A stretch of 64,000 nucleotides of DNA from Haliotis rubra (taxonomy: Eukaryota). The DNA is taken from NCBI RefSeq assembly GCF_003918875.1, contig NW_025765303.1, forward strand, positions 1,550,001 to 1,614,000. Direction: 5' to 3'. Shown piece by piece: positions 15,501-27,384 of the stretch (within the stretch, counting starts at the first letter, position 1; the number at the start of each line of letters is the position of its first letter). A program made the position numbers and the translations under genes. The notes under the pieces are model-generated. The model did no database searches. It was not told the origin of the DNA and was given only the letters and a program-made list of their open reading frames with translations.

Positions 15501-18500
15501 AGACCGCCTTACTACAAATTCTGGATGACCGGAGATGCCATGCGGACTTGGGTAATGTGTCTCTTCTCCTCTTGCTCGATCTCTCAGAGGCGTTAGACAC
15601 GGTCAACCATCAGAAGCTCATCAGCAATCTTCAGGACGATTATAACATACAAGGAGATGCATTGGCCTGGTTCCATTCCTATCTGAGCACGAGGAGTCAG
15701 TCAGTTCTTGTCTCTGAAAGCATGTCTGAATCAACGATCCTAGAGTATGGTGTATCCCAGGGCTCAGTCCTTGGGACACTTCTCTTTGTGTTATACACAA
15801 ACCCCTTGGAGAAGGTCATTGATAACTTTGATGTGAATCATCACGCATTTGCAGACGACCTTCAATTGATGGATTCATTCCTTCAAACCAGAGGATGTAC
15901 AAATTGCCAGATCAAGAGTGAGTCAGTGCACGAAGGCAATTAGTTCATGGATGATGACAAATGGGCTGAAGCTCAATGATGACAAGACTGAGGCTATGTT
16001 GATTGGCACATCGCAACGTCTGAAAAGGATAAACTCTACGGACATCACAGTAGCCAACTCAGATATCCCACTTTCATCCAGTGTAAAGAACCTAGGTGTT
16101 TATCTTGATCCTTGTCTCACCATGGAGCAACATGTCAACCATCTCTGTAGAGTAGGCTACTTCCATCTCCACTCTATTGGTAACATCCGCTATCTTGTAA
16201 CCACAGATGCAGCTAAAGTTCTCACTCAGTCACTTGTTCTCTCCAGGATTGACTATTGCAATAGCCTACAGCTTGGAATCTCTAATGATCTTCTCTTCAG
16301 ACTTCAAAAACTTCAAAATGCTGCCGCCAGAGTTGTCACAAAAACATCCAAATGGTCTCACATAACCCCAGTCCTCCAGAGTCTGCATTGGCTGCCGGTT
16401 GAAGCCAGAATTCAGCTCAAGATCCTCACTCTTGTTTTCCACTGCAGACACGGCCTAGCTCCTCTATACCTCTCTGAGATGTTGTCAACATATGTGCCTG
16501 CCCGTTCTCTCCACTCCCAGAATCAAGATCTTCTCTCAGCTCCCCAAATTCATATCAAACACTTTGGCCATAGGTCATTCACATTTGCAGCACCAACCCT
16601 GTGGAACAGTGTTTCTACTCCCCAAAATGCTTCATCCTTAGAAGCATTCAAATCGGGACTCAAAACCTTCCCTTCAAAAAAGTCTACAACCTATAACTGC
16701 GAAATATTCTCATAGTCATTAAACGAACTGTCATATCTTCCTCGTGAACTCTAGTGACTCTTTTTATATGTAGCGCTTTGAGCCTGCTCTGGATGGACTA
16801 TGGGGAACAAGATATATCCATTTATTATTATTATTATTATTAGTAGTAGTAGTAGTAGTAGTATATAACGGTAAATAGGGATGGTATAATCTTGATTCGA
16901 TGTTGTGCGAAATCGTAATTCGCAGTGAGGGTTTGATTGTTCAGCCCATGAACAAGCAAAGCAGATGTCGCTGCCTTCTGCATAAACGAGGGAAAGCTGA
17001 AGAGTTTCCATCTTTGTTGACTTGCATTGATAGGGTTTGCTGTTATTCTTTAAACTTGTCCCTTCGATAAAGTCAACACATTGCTTCCAACGATGCTAAA
17101 ATGTTTGAATCCCAGTGGTAAAGGTTTTTTCCTGGAATGCTTGATGCCAGTGATAAGCGCTTCTTCCTGGAATGCTTTGATCCTTACTGTTGAAAGTTTC
17201 TTCCTGGCCTCCACAGCAGAAACTACATCAGCATTACTTACTTTAAGCTTGCAAGGCAGTTTTTTCTTCATGTTGGAAACGGGTGAAATTCTGATTCAGC
17301 AAAACCTGGTGAATACGGAAGGTGTTCAATGCGCACAAAGCCCCAGACTTGTGCTCATCAGGTGAAAGAACACACCCTTGGTGAATTTTCTACGACGTTT
17401 GGTGTTGATGTCATCACAGTTAGCAGATTAGTAAACCGTTAGCCATTAATAGCTTGTCCTTTCAGTAGGTTGTGGAATCCGTTTGGATGACACAGGTGGC
17501 GAAATCACCTTGCAAACTAAGAACGTCCCTCAGCATATCTAATGGAATAAATGTACATTATGTTGTTACAGAACGGAGTGATATCCTCCTTACCCTATGT
17601 CTGTCATTCTGTGGCGGCAGTGCTGGCTGGTCAGTTGGCTGACTTCGTGAGAGCCAGAACCAAACTCGGCACCACAAAGGTCAGGAAGATCTGCCAGAAC
17701 ACAGGTATTTGTGTGTGCTTTCAGAATATACTCAAGGGCGAAAGTAATTGCGACCATGTCACCTTGATTTTACCTGAATGTATAGGAAAGGTACTCAATA
17801 AATGGATCATCATCTTTGTGTTTGTACATTCAGGTATTTGAAGAAAAACCACAGTAAATTGAAGCTGTTTCAGTGCCATTTAAGGCATAAGTTAGTGCCA
17901 TGACTAATTTACTTTCTCGCCCTTTCACGGGAGAATTTTAATTACATAAAGACTCTCCATCTTCAGCGTTTCTCTCGGTTGCCGTTTTCCTTGTGGCAAC
18001 AGGCTTTGTGAAGTGTGAAAACAGGATGATCGCAGTCGTCTTGCTATGCGCCGCTGTAGGCTGCCTGGGAATAAGCAAAGCAGGATACATGGTGAACCAC
18101 GTCGACATTGCCCCCAAGTATGTTAACACTTGCATAAAATCTTGGATGGTTGCGTGCCCCTTACTTTATGTTTTGAAAACAACGTCGTTCTGTGCGATGT
18201 CAGGCAACAAATACATTTTCAAACGAATGCGTGGGTTGGAGGCGGCGGACTAGCCTAGTGGTTGAAGCGTTCGCTCGTCACGCCGAAGACCCGGGTTCGA
18301 TTTCCCACATGGGTACATTGTGTGAATCCCTTTTCTGGTGTCCCCTGCCGTGAATTTGCTGGAATATTGCAAAAAGCGGCGTGAAAACTAAACTCGCTCA
18401 CTCAAATGCGTGAGTAGTGTGCTAACGGCAGGACAAGCTTACCCTTTTCTCGAACACTACCACTTGCATAATATTGATTAATAAGCTACAAACCCCTGGA

Positions 18501-20100
18501 TACGGATATGTGTTCAAAATGTGAAAATCTTAACAATAAATAGAATGAGTAACTGTGGTTTATATTTCAAAAAGTAATTGAAAGAAAAACTAAAACATGA
18601 TCGTGACACAACATTTTGCAGTAATATAACCATTCCCATATGATTGTGGCTATAACTAAATCTAGTTTCAACAATGTCTTCATTGTCTTGCAGCTATTCT
18701 GGTTTACTATTTGGTTTTACCAACACAATTGCTACTATACCCGGGATGATAGCCCCTCTTGTAGCTGGGGCTCTCACACCAAACGTAAGTATGGTTGTTT
18801 TGTTGTTGAACGCCCCACAATATTCCAGATATGTGTCGAACTGTAAAATATTGTAGCTTTGATCAAACAATACACTGATTCCTATTGGGAACCTATCATA
18901 TTGACCACAATGAATACATATGTATTTTCAACCGTGAAGATCCGGGATGGAATTGGTATTCAGCAACCCATGCTTGTCCTTGTTTTGTACAGACCGCCTC
19001 CGTGGTGTAGTGGTTAGAGCGTCCGCCCGGAGAGCGGAAGGTCGCGGGTTCGATCCCCGATCGCGTCATACCAAAAGACGTTAAAATATGGTACTTGTTG
19101 GTCCCTGCCTGAGGCTCGGCATTAATGGGTACAACAAGGACTGGTCGGCTCGGAGTCAGTATGTGTCTGAGTGGGGTATTCATGCCTAACTGCGGCATGG
19201 TATCTCAGTGGGCTAGCACTATAAAACCAGCTTCAGTCTGGGCTAGTACACACGCATGCACGTCGTCATATGAGCGAAATATTCTCAAGCACGACGTAAA
19301 ACCCAATTTCACCTCATCTCACCTTAACAGGCGACTGACGGCATCGGGTGGTGAGGCTCACTGACTTGGTTGACACATGTCATCGCATCCCAGTTTCATA
19401 GATCAGGGCTCATGCTGTTGGTCATTGGATTATCTGATCCAGTCTCGGTTTTTACTGGGAGCATATTGTAACCAGTACTGACCACTTGATATTCTGGCAG
19501 GGTTGGGAGTGATGGGATTTTAGCATAAGAAATACTGTTTAAAAGAGAGGAATTGTAAGCCCCAGTAAATACCCTGTTGCATGACGATTTTCAAACACGA
19601 ATATTAATGTTCATCGTTTTTATTGATATGTACGCCATCGTAGCTGACAAAATATCTACCCTCCATTCAAGTTCACAGCCATCACAACGCCCAGAATGCC
19701 ACCCCAAACATTTACAGAGCACCATGAAGTGTTTGGAATATTATTTTTTGTGATAAAACGACCAAATACAAAATAATTGCGTGAAATTAAATCCTTAAAC
19801 AAGACAACATATTAAGAATTCCGTCTTTACTGTCATGTTAGCCACCTTCCATATTAACTATGATTAATATTTTACACCTTCTTTTCTCAGAAAACTGCCG
19901 AGGAATGGCGTCTCGTGCTGTACATATGTGCGGGATTTCTGGTGGCAGGTGCGCTTATCTTCGCTTTCCTCGCCAGTGGTGAGGCACAACCATGGAACAA
20001 CCATGGCGAGGTGGAGCTGGACGTAGCAAAGGACAAGAAATCACATAAATATATCGCCGTGGACACCATAAAGGAAACAGGAGAGGACCCTCGGATGTAG
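1729..20100 (+). CDS. SLC17-family (sialin-like) MFS organic anion transporter, 11 coding exons, 530 aa
   Basis: Exons 1729-1804, 5423-5655, 8849-9082, 9861-9948, 10216-10311, 13233-13363, 14768-14917, 17572-17704, 17967-18117, 18694-18784, 19891-20100. All are AG/GT-bounded with matching phases and total 1593 nt. SLC17 motifs: [69 protein letters not shown]...[35 protein letters not shown] at 20206. Exon 1 is the least certain. Confidence 0.95.
2980..3244 (-). mobile_element. SINE-like family B (no tRNA head, structured 5' end)
   Basis: Starts ACCCG.., contains GTCG-loop-CGAC-TAA, body GATCACTGGATTGTCTGGT, and tail ATAGCTGGAATATTGCTG..GGCGTAAAAC shared with family A. Confidence 0.85.
3549..3708 (+). 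mobile_element. tRNA-derived SINE family A (~160 bp)
   Basis: A box TAGTGG, GTC anticodon-like loop, B box GGTTCGATTCC, tail GCTGGAATATTGCTAAAAGCGGCGTAAAAC(TCAC)n. TSD tcagcaataa. More than 20 copies in the window, including partial or decayed ones at about 1150, 18233, 22629(-), 28966, 32133, 35984(-), 40191(-), 45941, 46694, 48065 and 56024. Confidence 0.9.
4162..4464 (-). mobile_element. SINE family C (internal deletion)
   Basis: Reverse-complement match with a (GTGAG)n tail. Confidence 0.85.
5080..5300 (+). mobile_element. SINE-like family B
   Basis: Same discrete 5' start and body. Confidence 0.8.
5745..6150 (-). mobile_element. 3' fragment of R4/Dong-like RLE non-LTR retrotransposon
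   Basis: Minus strand encodes VMQKVVV..HILPKVL. Homologous to 21803-22290 and 41700-42700. Confidence 0.7.
10645..12484 (+). mobile_element. Decayed IS630/Tc1/mariner DNA transposon, Sailor (long DD-E spacing)-like
   Basis: Long imperfect TIRs (about 10645-10900 and 12275-12484) with TA ends. Frameshifted transposase: [34 protein letters not shown], long spacer, [12 protein letters not shown]. Located in SLC17 intron 5. Confidence 0.8.
12680..13160 (+). mobile_element. 3' fragment of RTEX-like LINE
   Basis: [34 protein letters not shown] zinc-knuckle tail, homologous to the C-terminus encoded at 56552-56950. Confidence 0.65.
13503..13860 (+). mobile_element. SINE family C
   Basis: Full-length match to the 39254 copy. 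Confidence 0.9.
14062..14204 (-). mobile_element. SINE family A
   Basis: TSD ATAGGCTATAACA at 14049-14061 and 14205-14217. Confidence 0.88.
15290..16865 (+). mobile_element. L2-type LINE, internally deleted, ORF2 RT and 3' end
   Basis: [49 protein letters not shown] motifs across frameshifts. (ATT)n(AGT)n tail. Confidence 0.9.
18992..19324 (+). mobile_element. SINE family C nested in a family-B element (18930-19455)
   Basis: Full-length match. Family-B sequence resumes (aggcgactgac..) after the tail. Confidence 0.88.
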
Positions 20101-20401
20101 CGCCAACGACTTTGCCACTACAACAAGAACTTCTATTCTATATTTATGACAAAAATATGTTGTTTGGTCTTGTACTTGATTCTTTGTCTAATCATTGTTT
20201 TGAAGAATAAACGACATCGACAATGTCAACTCAAATCGTATGTAATAATTCGTGATATACATCAGTCTTAAAATTTAAATTTTGACGTTCGAAATGACAT
20301 CTCACGAGAAACGACATAGAAGTTGAAGATTGTTGACGGTATCCGGCCATTGAGAACGTTTTATACGCTGGGTGTGATCGGTGCAATTTCCAAATAGGAG
20401 C

Positions 20402-20560
20402 GGGACGGTGCAGTGGCCAAGTGGTTAAAGCGTTCACTCCTCACACCGAAGACCCGGTTTCGATTCATGGGTACAATGTGTGAAGCCCATTTCTGGTGTT
20501 AAGTGCCGTGATATTGCTGGGATATTGCTAAATGCGACGTAAAACAAAACTCACTTACTC
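20402..20560 (+). mobile_element. SINE family A
   Basis: Matches family consensus. TSD caaat(a/g)ggagc. Confidence 0.85.
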
Positions 20561-21802
20561 CAAATGGGAGCTCAAAAAAATGAAAATATTATAAGATTAA
20601 TAGAGACAAATATAGCGATGTCGGTCTCCATGTTCTTTATGCCCCATTCTACTAGTTTATCCTTCCAGACCTCATTCAATTTGCCTTTTGCCATTTTTGC
20701 AATCAAATGATTATTGTTGAATGGTTTAATTTCTATTTGAGAAATCTTTTAGAATGCATTGCAACCTATAGGCTTTTTTGCAATCAAGCTCGTGATTATT
20801 GTTTGAATGGGTTAATTTCTATTTGAGAAATAGTTTGGAATGCATTGCAGCCTGAAATCTGTAAGTCACCTGGTTCTGATAACATAGGTATGAATTATGT
20901 CACTTACAGTGTCATAATCTTAGTGTTGTGTACTCTGGTTTGGAGTATGACACTTGTGGCTATTGAAACCGATGCTGACTTTATTAAAACTTTAAAGGAA
21001 CGAGTATCATGGTTCTTGGTTTTATTGAAACAATGTTGTTTGTTCTGACTGAATGGACGAAATCACCTCCGGTTTTGACATATTTACTGTGCTTGTGTAA
21101 AACGTTTAAATTTGGAAATGTTATAAGTTTGTATCAATTTATTACAAAGCGGATATTGCTGGATTTAGGAATATATTTTGTTGTCTCAGGAAAACTTAAC
21201 CTGAAACGAGATAAACGCGTTTTTGAAACTGTCAGTAAAATTTGGTGACCTCAGCTGAATAAGGTAAGGGTTCATTGTAATTTACTTCGTATGGATTTAT
21301 GCGTAATTTTATCTTTAACCCAAAAAAGTACGTATAATACATATTGGTGTTCGAATGACAATAGTTGATCACTGGCTTGTCTGGTCAAGATTCGAATATT
21401 TACAGACCGCCTTCATGTAGCTGGAATATTGATGAGTGCAGCGTAAACTAAACTCTCCTCACTCACTCGAATGACAATATTTAGCGTTTCCATTTCTAAA
21501 GCATAATCACGAAAATATAGGAAGGGTGCTAGAAATCATAATTCTGTTGGGAAATTATTGATCATAAATTCCGTCAACATAGTAAACATAAATGCTATTT
21601 AATGAGAAGAACCAAGATTTCACACAAACAGATGCCATCTGGATAATAGCATCAATATGCATTACTTTGTCTCTGTTACTGTGTCAACTGAACTTGACTA
21701 AGTAAGTCCAAAGCAAGATATTACCAAAGATATTCTGGTCATTGGTACTTGAGTTATTATTGGAACCAAAAACGGCGTAATAATGATAATAATTAAAGAA
21801 AA

Positions 21803-22290
21803 TATTTGCATGAAATGTCGATTGTGCAGTGAATTTACAGAGACTGTTCAACACCATGTCAGTGGATGCCCTTCCTTGTCACAAACAGCTATTATCTTAA
21901 AAGACATGATGGCATGGCTCGCTGCTTCTACTATCGTCTTCGCCATGCATGAGGCTTTGACTCTGAGGTCTATCGATGGTACGACCCTGAACCCTGAATT
22001 TCTTGAGTCAGATCAGGAGATTGCCTGAGTGGGGTTCTCCACCGGGAGCACAGCCCTGACACTCTGGGTAATGCAGAAGGCTGCAGTGTTAGGGAGTCTA
22101 CATATTCTCCGGAAAGTTCTTGGTGGGTTCGACTAGTCAGCGCTTCCTGGGAAGAAGTCCTATTCGCTGTCTGGGCTGCGTGTAGAGGGGGCTGCTGATG
22201 AGCCTTAACCGCCTGACTGTGCCAGGATCACCCGAACCCTCTCTGCTGCATATTTATCTTAATCTGTAAAACATAATAATAATAACAATA
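21803..22290 (+). mobile_element. 3' fragment of R4/Dong-like RLE non-LTR retrotransposon
   Basis: CRLCSEFTETVQHHVSGCPSL (CCHC knuckle) and MQKAAVLGSLHILRKVL C-terminus. Flanked by (TAA)n-like runs. Confidence 0.8.
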
Positions 22291-22890
22291 AATCAAACAA
22301 CTCCAGTAGGGCTATACAAGAATGTATGTCACACTGGTTACGAAACGCTCTCGTTTATACAAGAGTTTGTTTCGTCAAAATCAGCATGACACACATGCTT
22401 GTATAATAATCCCATTCGTAACAGGAAATATGTATCCTATATTATGTACAAGTTAGCCCATATGAATACACAAATAATCAGCACTTACTCCGCTCAAATA
22501 GTAGACATTCTGACGAAACATTACAACTCGAAATGCGTGTAAAATTCTTCATGCTAATATGTCCAGTTTCAGAACCCAAAATACTTTCACTGTAAGGACA
22601 ATCCTAATTTACACATTGTATAATTTCAGTGAGTGAGGCGGATTTTACGCCGCTTTTGGCAATATTCCAGCAATATCACGGCGAGGAACACCAGAAAAGG
22701 GCTTCACACATTGTACCCATGTGGGGAATCGAACCCGGGCCTTCGGCGAGACGAGCGAACGCTTTAACCAGTAGGCTACTCAATCGCCCCTTGTATAATT
22801 TGAGCTTGTAGCACTAAGTTCACTAAACGTAGAAATATGACACACTACTGTCATATATATGCATCAGTTGTATTTTCAATACTGCATTTG

Positions 22891-23031
22891 GGGGCGGTGG
22901 AGTAGCCTAATGGTTAAAGCGTTGGCTCGTCACGCCGAAGACCCGGGTTCGAAACGAATGTGTGAAGCCCATTTCTGGTGTCCCCCGCCGTGATGTTGCT
23001 GGAATATTGCTAAAAGCGGTCAGTCAGTCAG
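22891..23031 (+). mobile_element. SINE family A
   Basis: TSD tcaatactgcatttgg. Confidence 0.85.
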
Positions 23032-24189
23032 TCAATACTGCATTTGGGCATTATAAGGCTTTAGTTGAAAATTCAAACACAAAATGTTGCGTCTTTCGAT
23101 TTCAGTTACTTGTCCAGAATAAACGAAAACTGACTAGTGTTACCGAAATAAGATTTTTACAAATATTACTAATATAAGCTGATATCGATGTGTTCCCGAC
23201 TCCTACGTCCAGAAGACTTGGATCTTGACATGGATGTTGATTTTGTTGTAAATGAAGACAAGTGAGTCACTAGAGTTAACTAAAACTCTTTAACTCAGTT
23301 TGTCACATTACTTATATTGTATAGTTGTTAAAATTTAGGGTCTACACATTCTGATCAGGACCTTTATGGTTCTGGGTCCTTAGGGCTTGCAGTTTTTCAG
23401 GGTTAAGGGGAAGTCTCAGGGCTCCTTTTCATTATATATTTTTTTTAACTATGAACTTTTTTTTCAGTAAAATATGTTCATTTCAGAGAATGGATGTTAG
23501 TCTAGGAATATAGCTACAAGCGGGGTAAAGAAAAATTAACTCACTCACTCATACGTGGCACTATTTTGGTGAGTTGCTACGGTATCTGATACAGTGATGT
23601 TTAACCATACATAACACTGATCAGCTTGATTGGCATTTTAGAAGTTGCTTGACAACGGAAAAGAATCTATACCGAAACATCGCATCACAAAATAATACGG
23701 AAGTTGTTATCCTTACAATATCATACCTTTCTTATCATACATTGCAGCGTTTTACCCAGGCATGAAATGTTGCATTAAGGTATTACTTAATTTACTTAAG
23801 GCAAAAATTGCCTGAAATTCGATGTGTAGAGTTGCGTCCCTTGGGCGTGTCAGAATGTTGTGATGTCAGATTAGCACTGAATGTGTCCCCACGTTCGTCA
23901 GCATCCTATACATGCTTTCACCACAGACCTGTTTTACTTATCAAACAAGCTGGCACTCCTTTATCAAATCAAAGATGTCTGAAACCGAACTCACAACATC
24001 AGTTTATAAGTTCACTAGTAGCAATGATGCAATAAACAAGTCATTTCAGTTTCGCCGATGTCATCGCCGAATTTCGTGATCCATTAATATGAGTTTACGG
24101 ATGTATTACCCTTTACGTCAAATTGAATATATGTCTGAGGATCATCCAAACGGTGCATTATTTTGCACTGACGTATATCTTTATCAATG

Positions 24190-24352
24190 TGGGTGGTGGG
24201 GGTAGCCTAGTGGTTAAAGCGTTCGCTCATCATGTGAAAGATCCGGGTTCGATTCCCCACATGGGTACAATATGTGAAGCCCATTTCTGGTGTCCCCCGC
24301 CATGATATTACTGGAACATTGCTAAAAGCGGCGTAAAACCAAACTCACTCAC
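24190..24352 (+). mobile_element. SINE family A directly upstream of SLC17 pseudo-exon 10
   Basis: Matches consensus. Shares the diagnostic ccatgatattactgg with the 44913 copy. Confidence 0.88.
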
Positions 24353-25278
24353 TGTTAGTATCCTGCTCTGTCTGTTTCCAGATATGCGGGTGTTTTATTT
24401 GGAATGAGCAATATAGCGGCCACTATCCCTGGGATGATTGCCCTCTCGTGGCTGGAGCCATCACACCAAATGTCAGTATGTCCAGTGCCCCCTAGCTATA
24501 TTACCCCTTGTCATAACGCCAACCTGTTTATAGTGCCATTACCTACCTAAACGGATTTCCACCCACTGAAATTCCCTATACAACACGCCAAACCAGCTAT
24601 AAAGGCACCGCCAGTGTATTTTCGAAAAAAAAAGATCACATTCTCTGGTTATAATGACAATTTTTAAGCCAAAAGGTCGACATGGCAAATCAGCTGCTTT
24701 GATCAGATGAATCGCTAAAGTATGTACATAGGTAAATGAGGCTTTTTATCATCGAATAAGCTTATCAATAGTTAATGTGATGGGTCTTCTCACGGACAGT
24801 GTGTTAAACCTGATTGGCATAAATCAAGATAATTCATGAAACTCAATGCATATTGTAAAAATACCTGATTTGGATTTTATTGATAAAAATATTTGCATTT
24901 ATATGGCGCTATTTCCAAACAAGGATGCTCCAAGCGCACAATATGGTTGAATATTAACAGTCAGGAAAGCTTGGCGGAAGAGGAAAGTTTATAGTAGGGA
25001 TTTGAAAGATGACAAGGTTTGAGAGTCTGTGACTTCTTGGGTCAGATTATTGTATTGATGATATTTATGTGTTGTTTACACTTTACCTGATGACTAAATT
25101 AAAAAAAGATACATCTTCAAATTACACTGTCTAATTGTGGTTTTATTATAGGTTTTATGATGTTTGAGGTGATTATGACTGACGCATTTAGCTTCCCTGG
25201 GCCCTTATTCTCGAAACGTTTGTAGCCCTAAGAATTCTTAACTTTGATCGTAGCCAATGTGTTAAGAATGGGCTTAGA

Positions 25279-25740
25279 CCTGGTTATAACGCCATCCTGG
25301 TTATAACGTCACCCTGGTTATGACGTCATCCTGGTTATAACGCCAGCCTGGTTATCACGTCACCCTGGATATAACATTACCTGTGCCCCGTTCCTCAAAG
25401 CGATCGTAGCGCTACGACAGTCGTAAGTCTATGTTAAAGTATGGGAGTTACGATCATCTTAGCGCTATGATCGCTTTGAGGAACGGGCCCCTGGTTATAG
25501 TTACCTTGTTATAATGCCATCTTGGTTATACCGCCATCTTGGTTATAACGTCACCCTGGTTATATCGACATCCTGGATATAACGTCACCCTGGTTATAAC
25601 GCCATCCTGGTTATAACGTCACCCTGGTTATGACGTCAACCTGATTATAACGCCATCCTGGTTATAACGTCGCCCTGGATATGACGTCACACTGGTTATG
25701 AAGTTATCCTGGATATAACTTCATCCTGGTTATAACGTTG
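25279..25740. repeat. 18-bp minisatellite (CTGGTTATAACGYCAYCC)n
   Basis: About 20 units, interrupted by the MITE at 25384-25490. Confidence 0.9.
25384..25490. mobile_element. PIF/Harbinger-like MITE inserted in a minisatellite
   Basis: TIR ccgttcctcaaagcgatc / gatcgctttgaggaacgg, GGGCCC end, CTG TSD. A decayed relative lies at about 35860-35965. Confidence 0.7.
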
Positions 25741-27159
25741 GCGTTATAACCGGGCAAGTGAAATCTGAGACCATTCTGTTTCGTTGGTTGTGCATGAGAT
25801 AGAGCTGTTGGCTTACTGCTAAATGTAGTCATCATTTACGTGACAAACATATGCATAGAGTACGATATAACCGCCAATTTTCACCCACCGAATCACCTGA
25901 TGTAAGTAATTGACGCCTTTGGACAGGTACTAAAGCTTCAGTAATATTAAACAAAGCAATGCCATCATTGTAATATGATGTAAATGTCAGCTATTAAACA
26001 ATGTATGAAGCTTCAAGATTATCTTGTGTGTTTAACGTTCTTTTGAGTCAACTCATTATTTTAGAGGTAACACAGCACTTGATTGATGTGCAGTCACGTG
26101 TAAATTTGTTTTGATACGGGTGTAGGCGAAATGAGGACAGGCCAACGGGAGAGTCAGGGTCATTCACTGGCGTTGACCTCTTTATCTTTGAATGATTATC
26201 CAATTGTGAAGATTTTAATGAAATCATTGTGTGACTAATCTTCAGAACACTGCTGAGGAATGACGTCAAGTGTTGTACGTATGTGCTTGGTTCCTCGTGG
26301 TTGGTACGCTGATATTTTCCCTGCAAGTGGCGAGACACAGCCATGGAACGCCAATGGCGACGGGCGTGACGTCATCAAGGACGAGAAATCAAATGACTCT
26401 GCCGTGGCAGAGAGTTCCAGTATGTAGCTTAACAGAGACATGATAACGTTATTGGGTTTTCAGAAATAACAAATAAACACTCACTTTACTATGTAAATTG
26501 AGTGAATAGCGAGAGACATGCTTATGCAAATATATGGTATCATCACATATTTTCAGTGATCCATTCATATAATGTCATTGTTGTTATTCATTTAGGTCCA
26601 ATTGAGTTTGTTTCGGCAGACATTCAGGACAAATAAATCTCTGGCCTTGACGTCACGTATTTAATTTAACAGGTGGTCGCGAAAATATGGAAATGAGTAA
26701 AAGTTGCTTTAAGCAATATTGCAGCTGTCCGTGGCTAGCGAAAAAGGACTTGCATGACCGGTCTACGAGTAGCACCCACCATTTCCAGTGTAAAATCATA
26801 ACGTTGGTGTACGTGAAGTTTTTGGCTAGATGACATGATGAAAGTAGAGAGAATCGTAGCAGAAACAGGACAGTGGGCAGGTTGGTGGGTACAGCGTTCA
26901 GTCGTAACAACGAGATCTGTTCCATTCCGTGGTAAAATGTGCGGGGCCTAATTTTGAAGCCCCCATTTGTGATGTAACGAAAAAAGGGTTTGGAATAGGC
27001 ATTCACTGATTATAAACAAATTACAGAATGTCACAACTATGTGAAGAATACGTGTAATGGTATGACGTATTACAGATGTTTCGGAATGGATATGAAAATT
27101 TCATCGCTGTACAACGATCATGAGAACCATTTCGGCAGATTATTGACACTGGTTGACAC

Positions 27160-27384
27160 TGGTTAGAATTGATCTTCAGCAACCCATGCTTGTCGTAAGA
27201 GGCTACTGGCGGGATCGGGTGGTCAGCCTCGCTGACTTGGTTGACACATGTCATCTTGTTCCAGTTGCGCAGATCAATGTTCTTGCTATTTGATCACTGG
27301 GTTGTCTGGTCCAGACTCGATTATTTACAGACCACCGCCATATAGCTGAATATTGCTGAGTGCGGCGTAAAACTAAACTCACTC
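27160..27384 (+). mobile_element. SINE-like family B (5' end slightly truncated)
   Basis: Matches consensus body and tail. Confidence 0.85.

Larger units (their letters stand above)
24382..26427 (+). pseudogene. Decayed 3' exons (10 and 11) of a tandem SLC17 paralog
   Basis: 24382-24471 reads [28 protein letters not shown], is 90 nt versus 91 nt (1-nt frameshift), and keeps ttccag/gtcagt sites. 26246-26427 reads NTAEE*RQVLYVCAWFLVVGTLIF/ASGETQPWN..M*, with TGG>TGA and a frameshift. Confidence 0.85.

Noticed and set aside
16870-17500. Possible THAP-like remnant (RVCSF) on the minus strand
   Set aside because: Only one short motif, and the frames are broken.
20694-20853. ~75-80-bp tandem duplication (similar one at 31335-31470)
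   Set aside because: Ordinary local duplications with no sign of function.
22194-22250. CTGATGA hammerhead core in the R4-like 3' UTR
   Set aside because: No stem II followed by GAAA, and the homologous copy at about 41770 does not conserve the arrangement.
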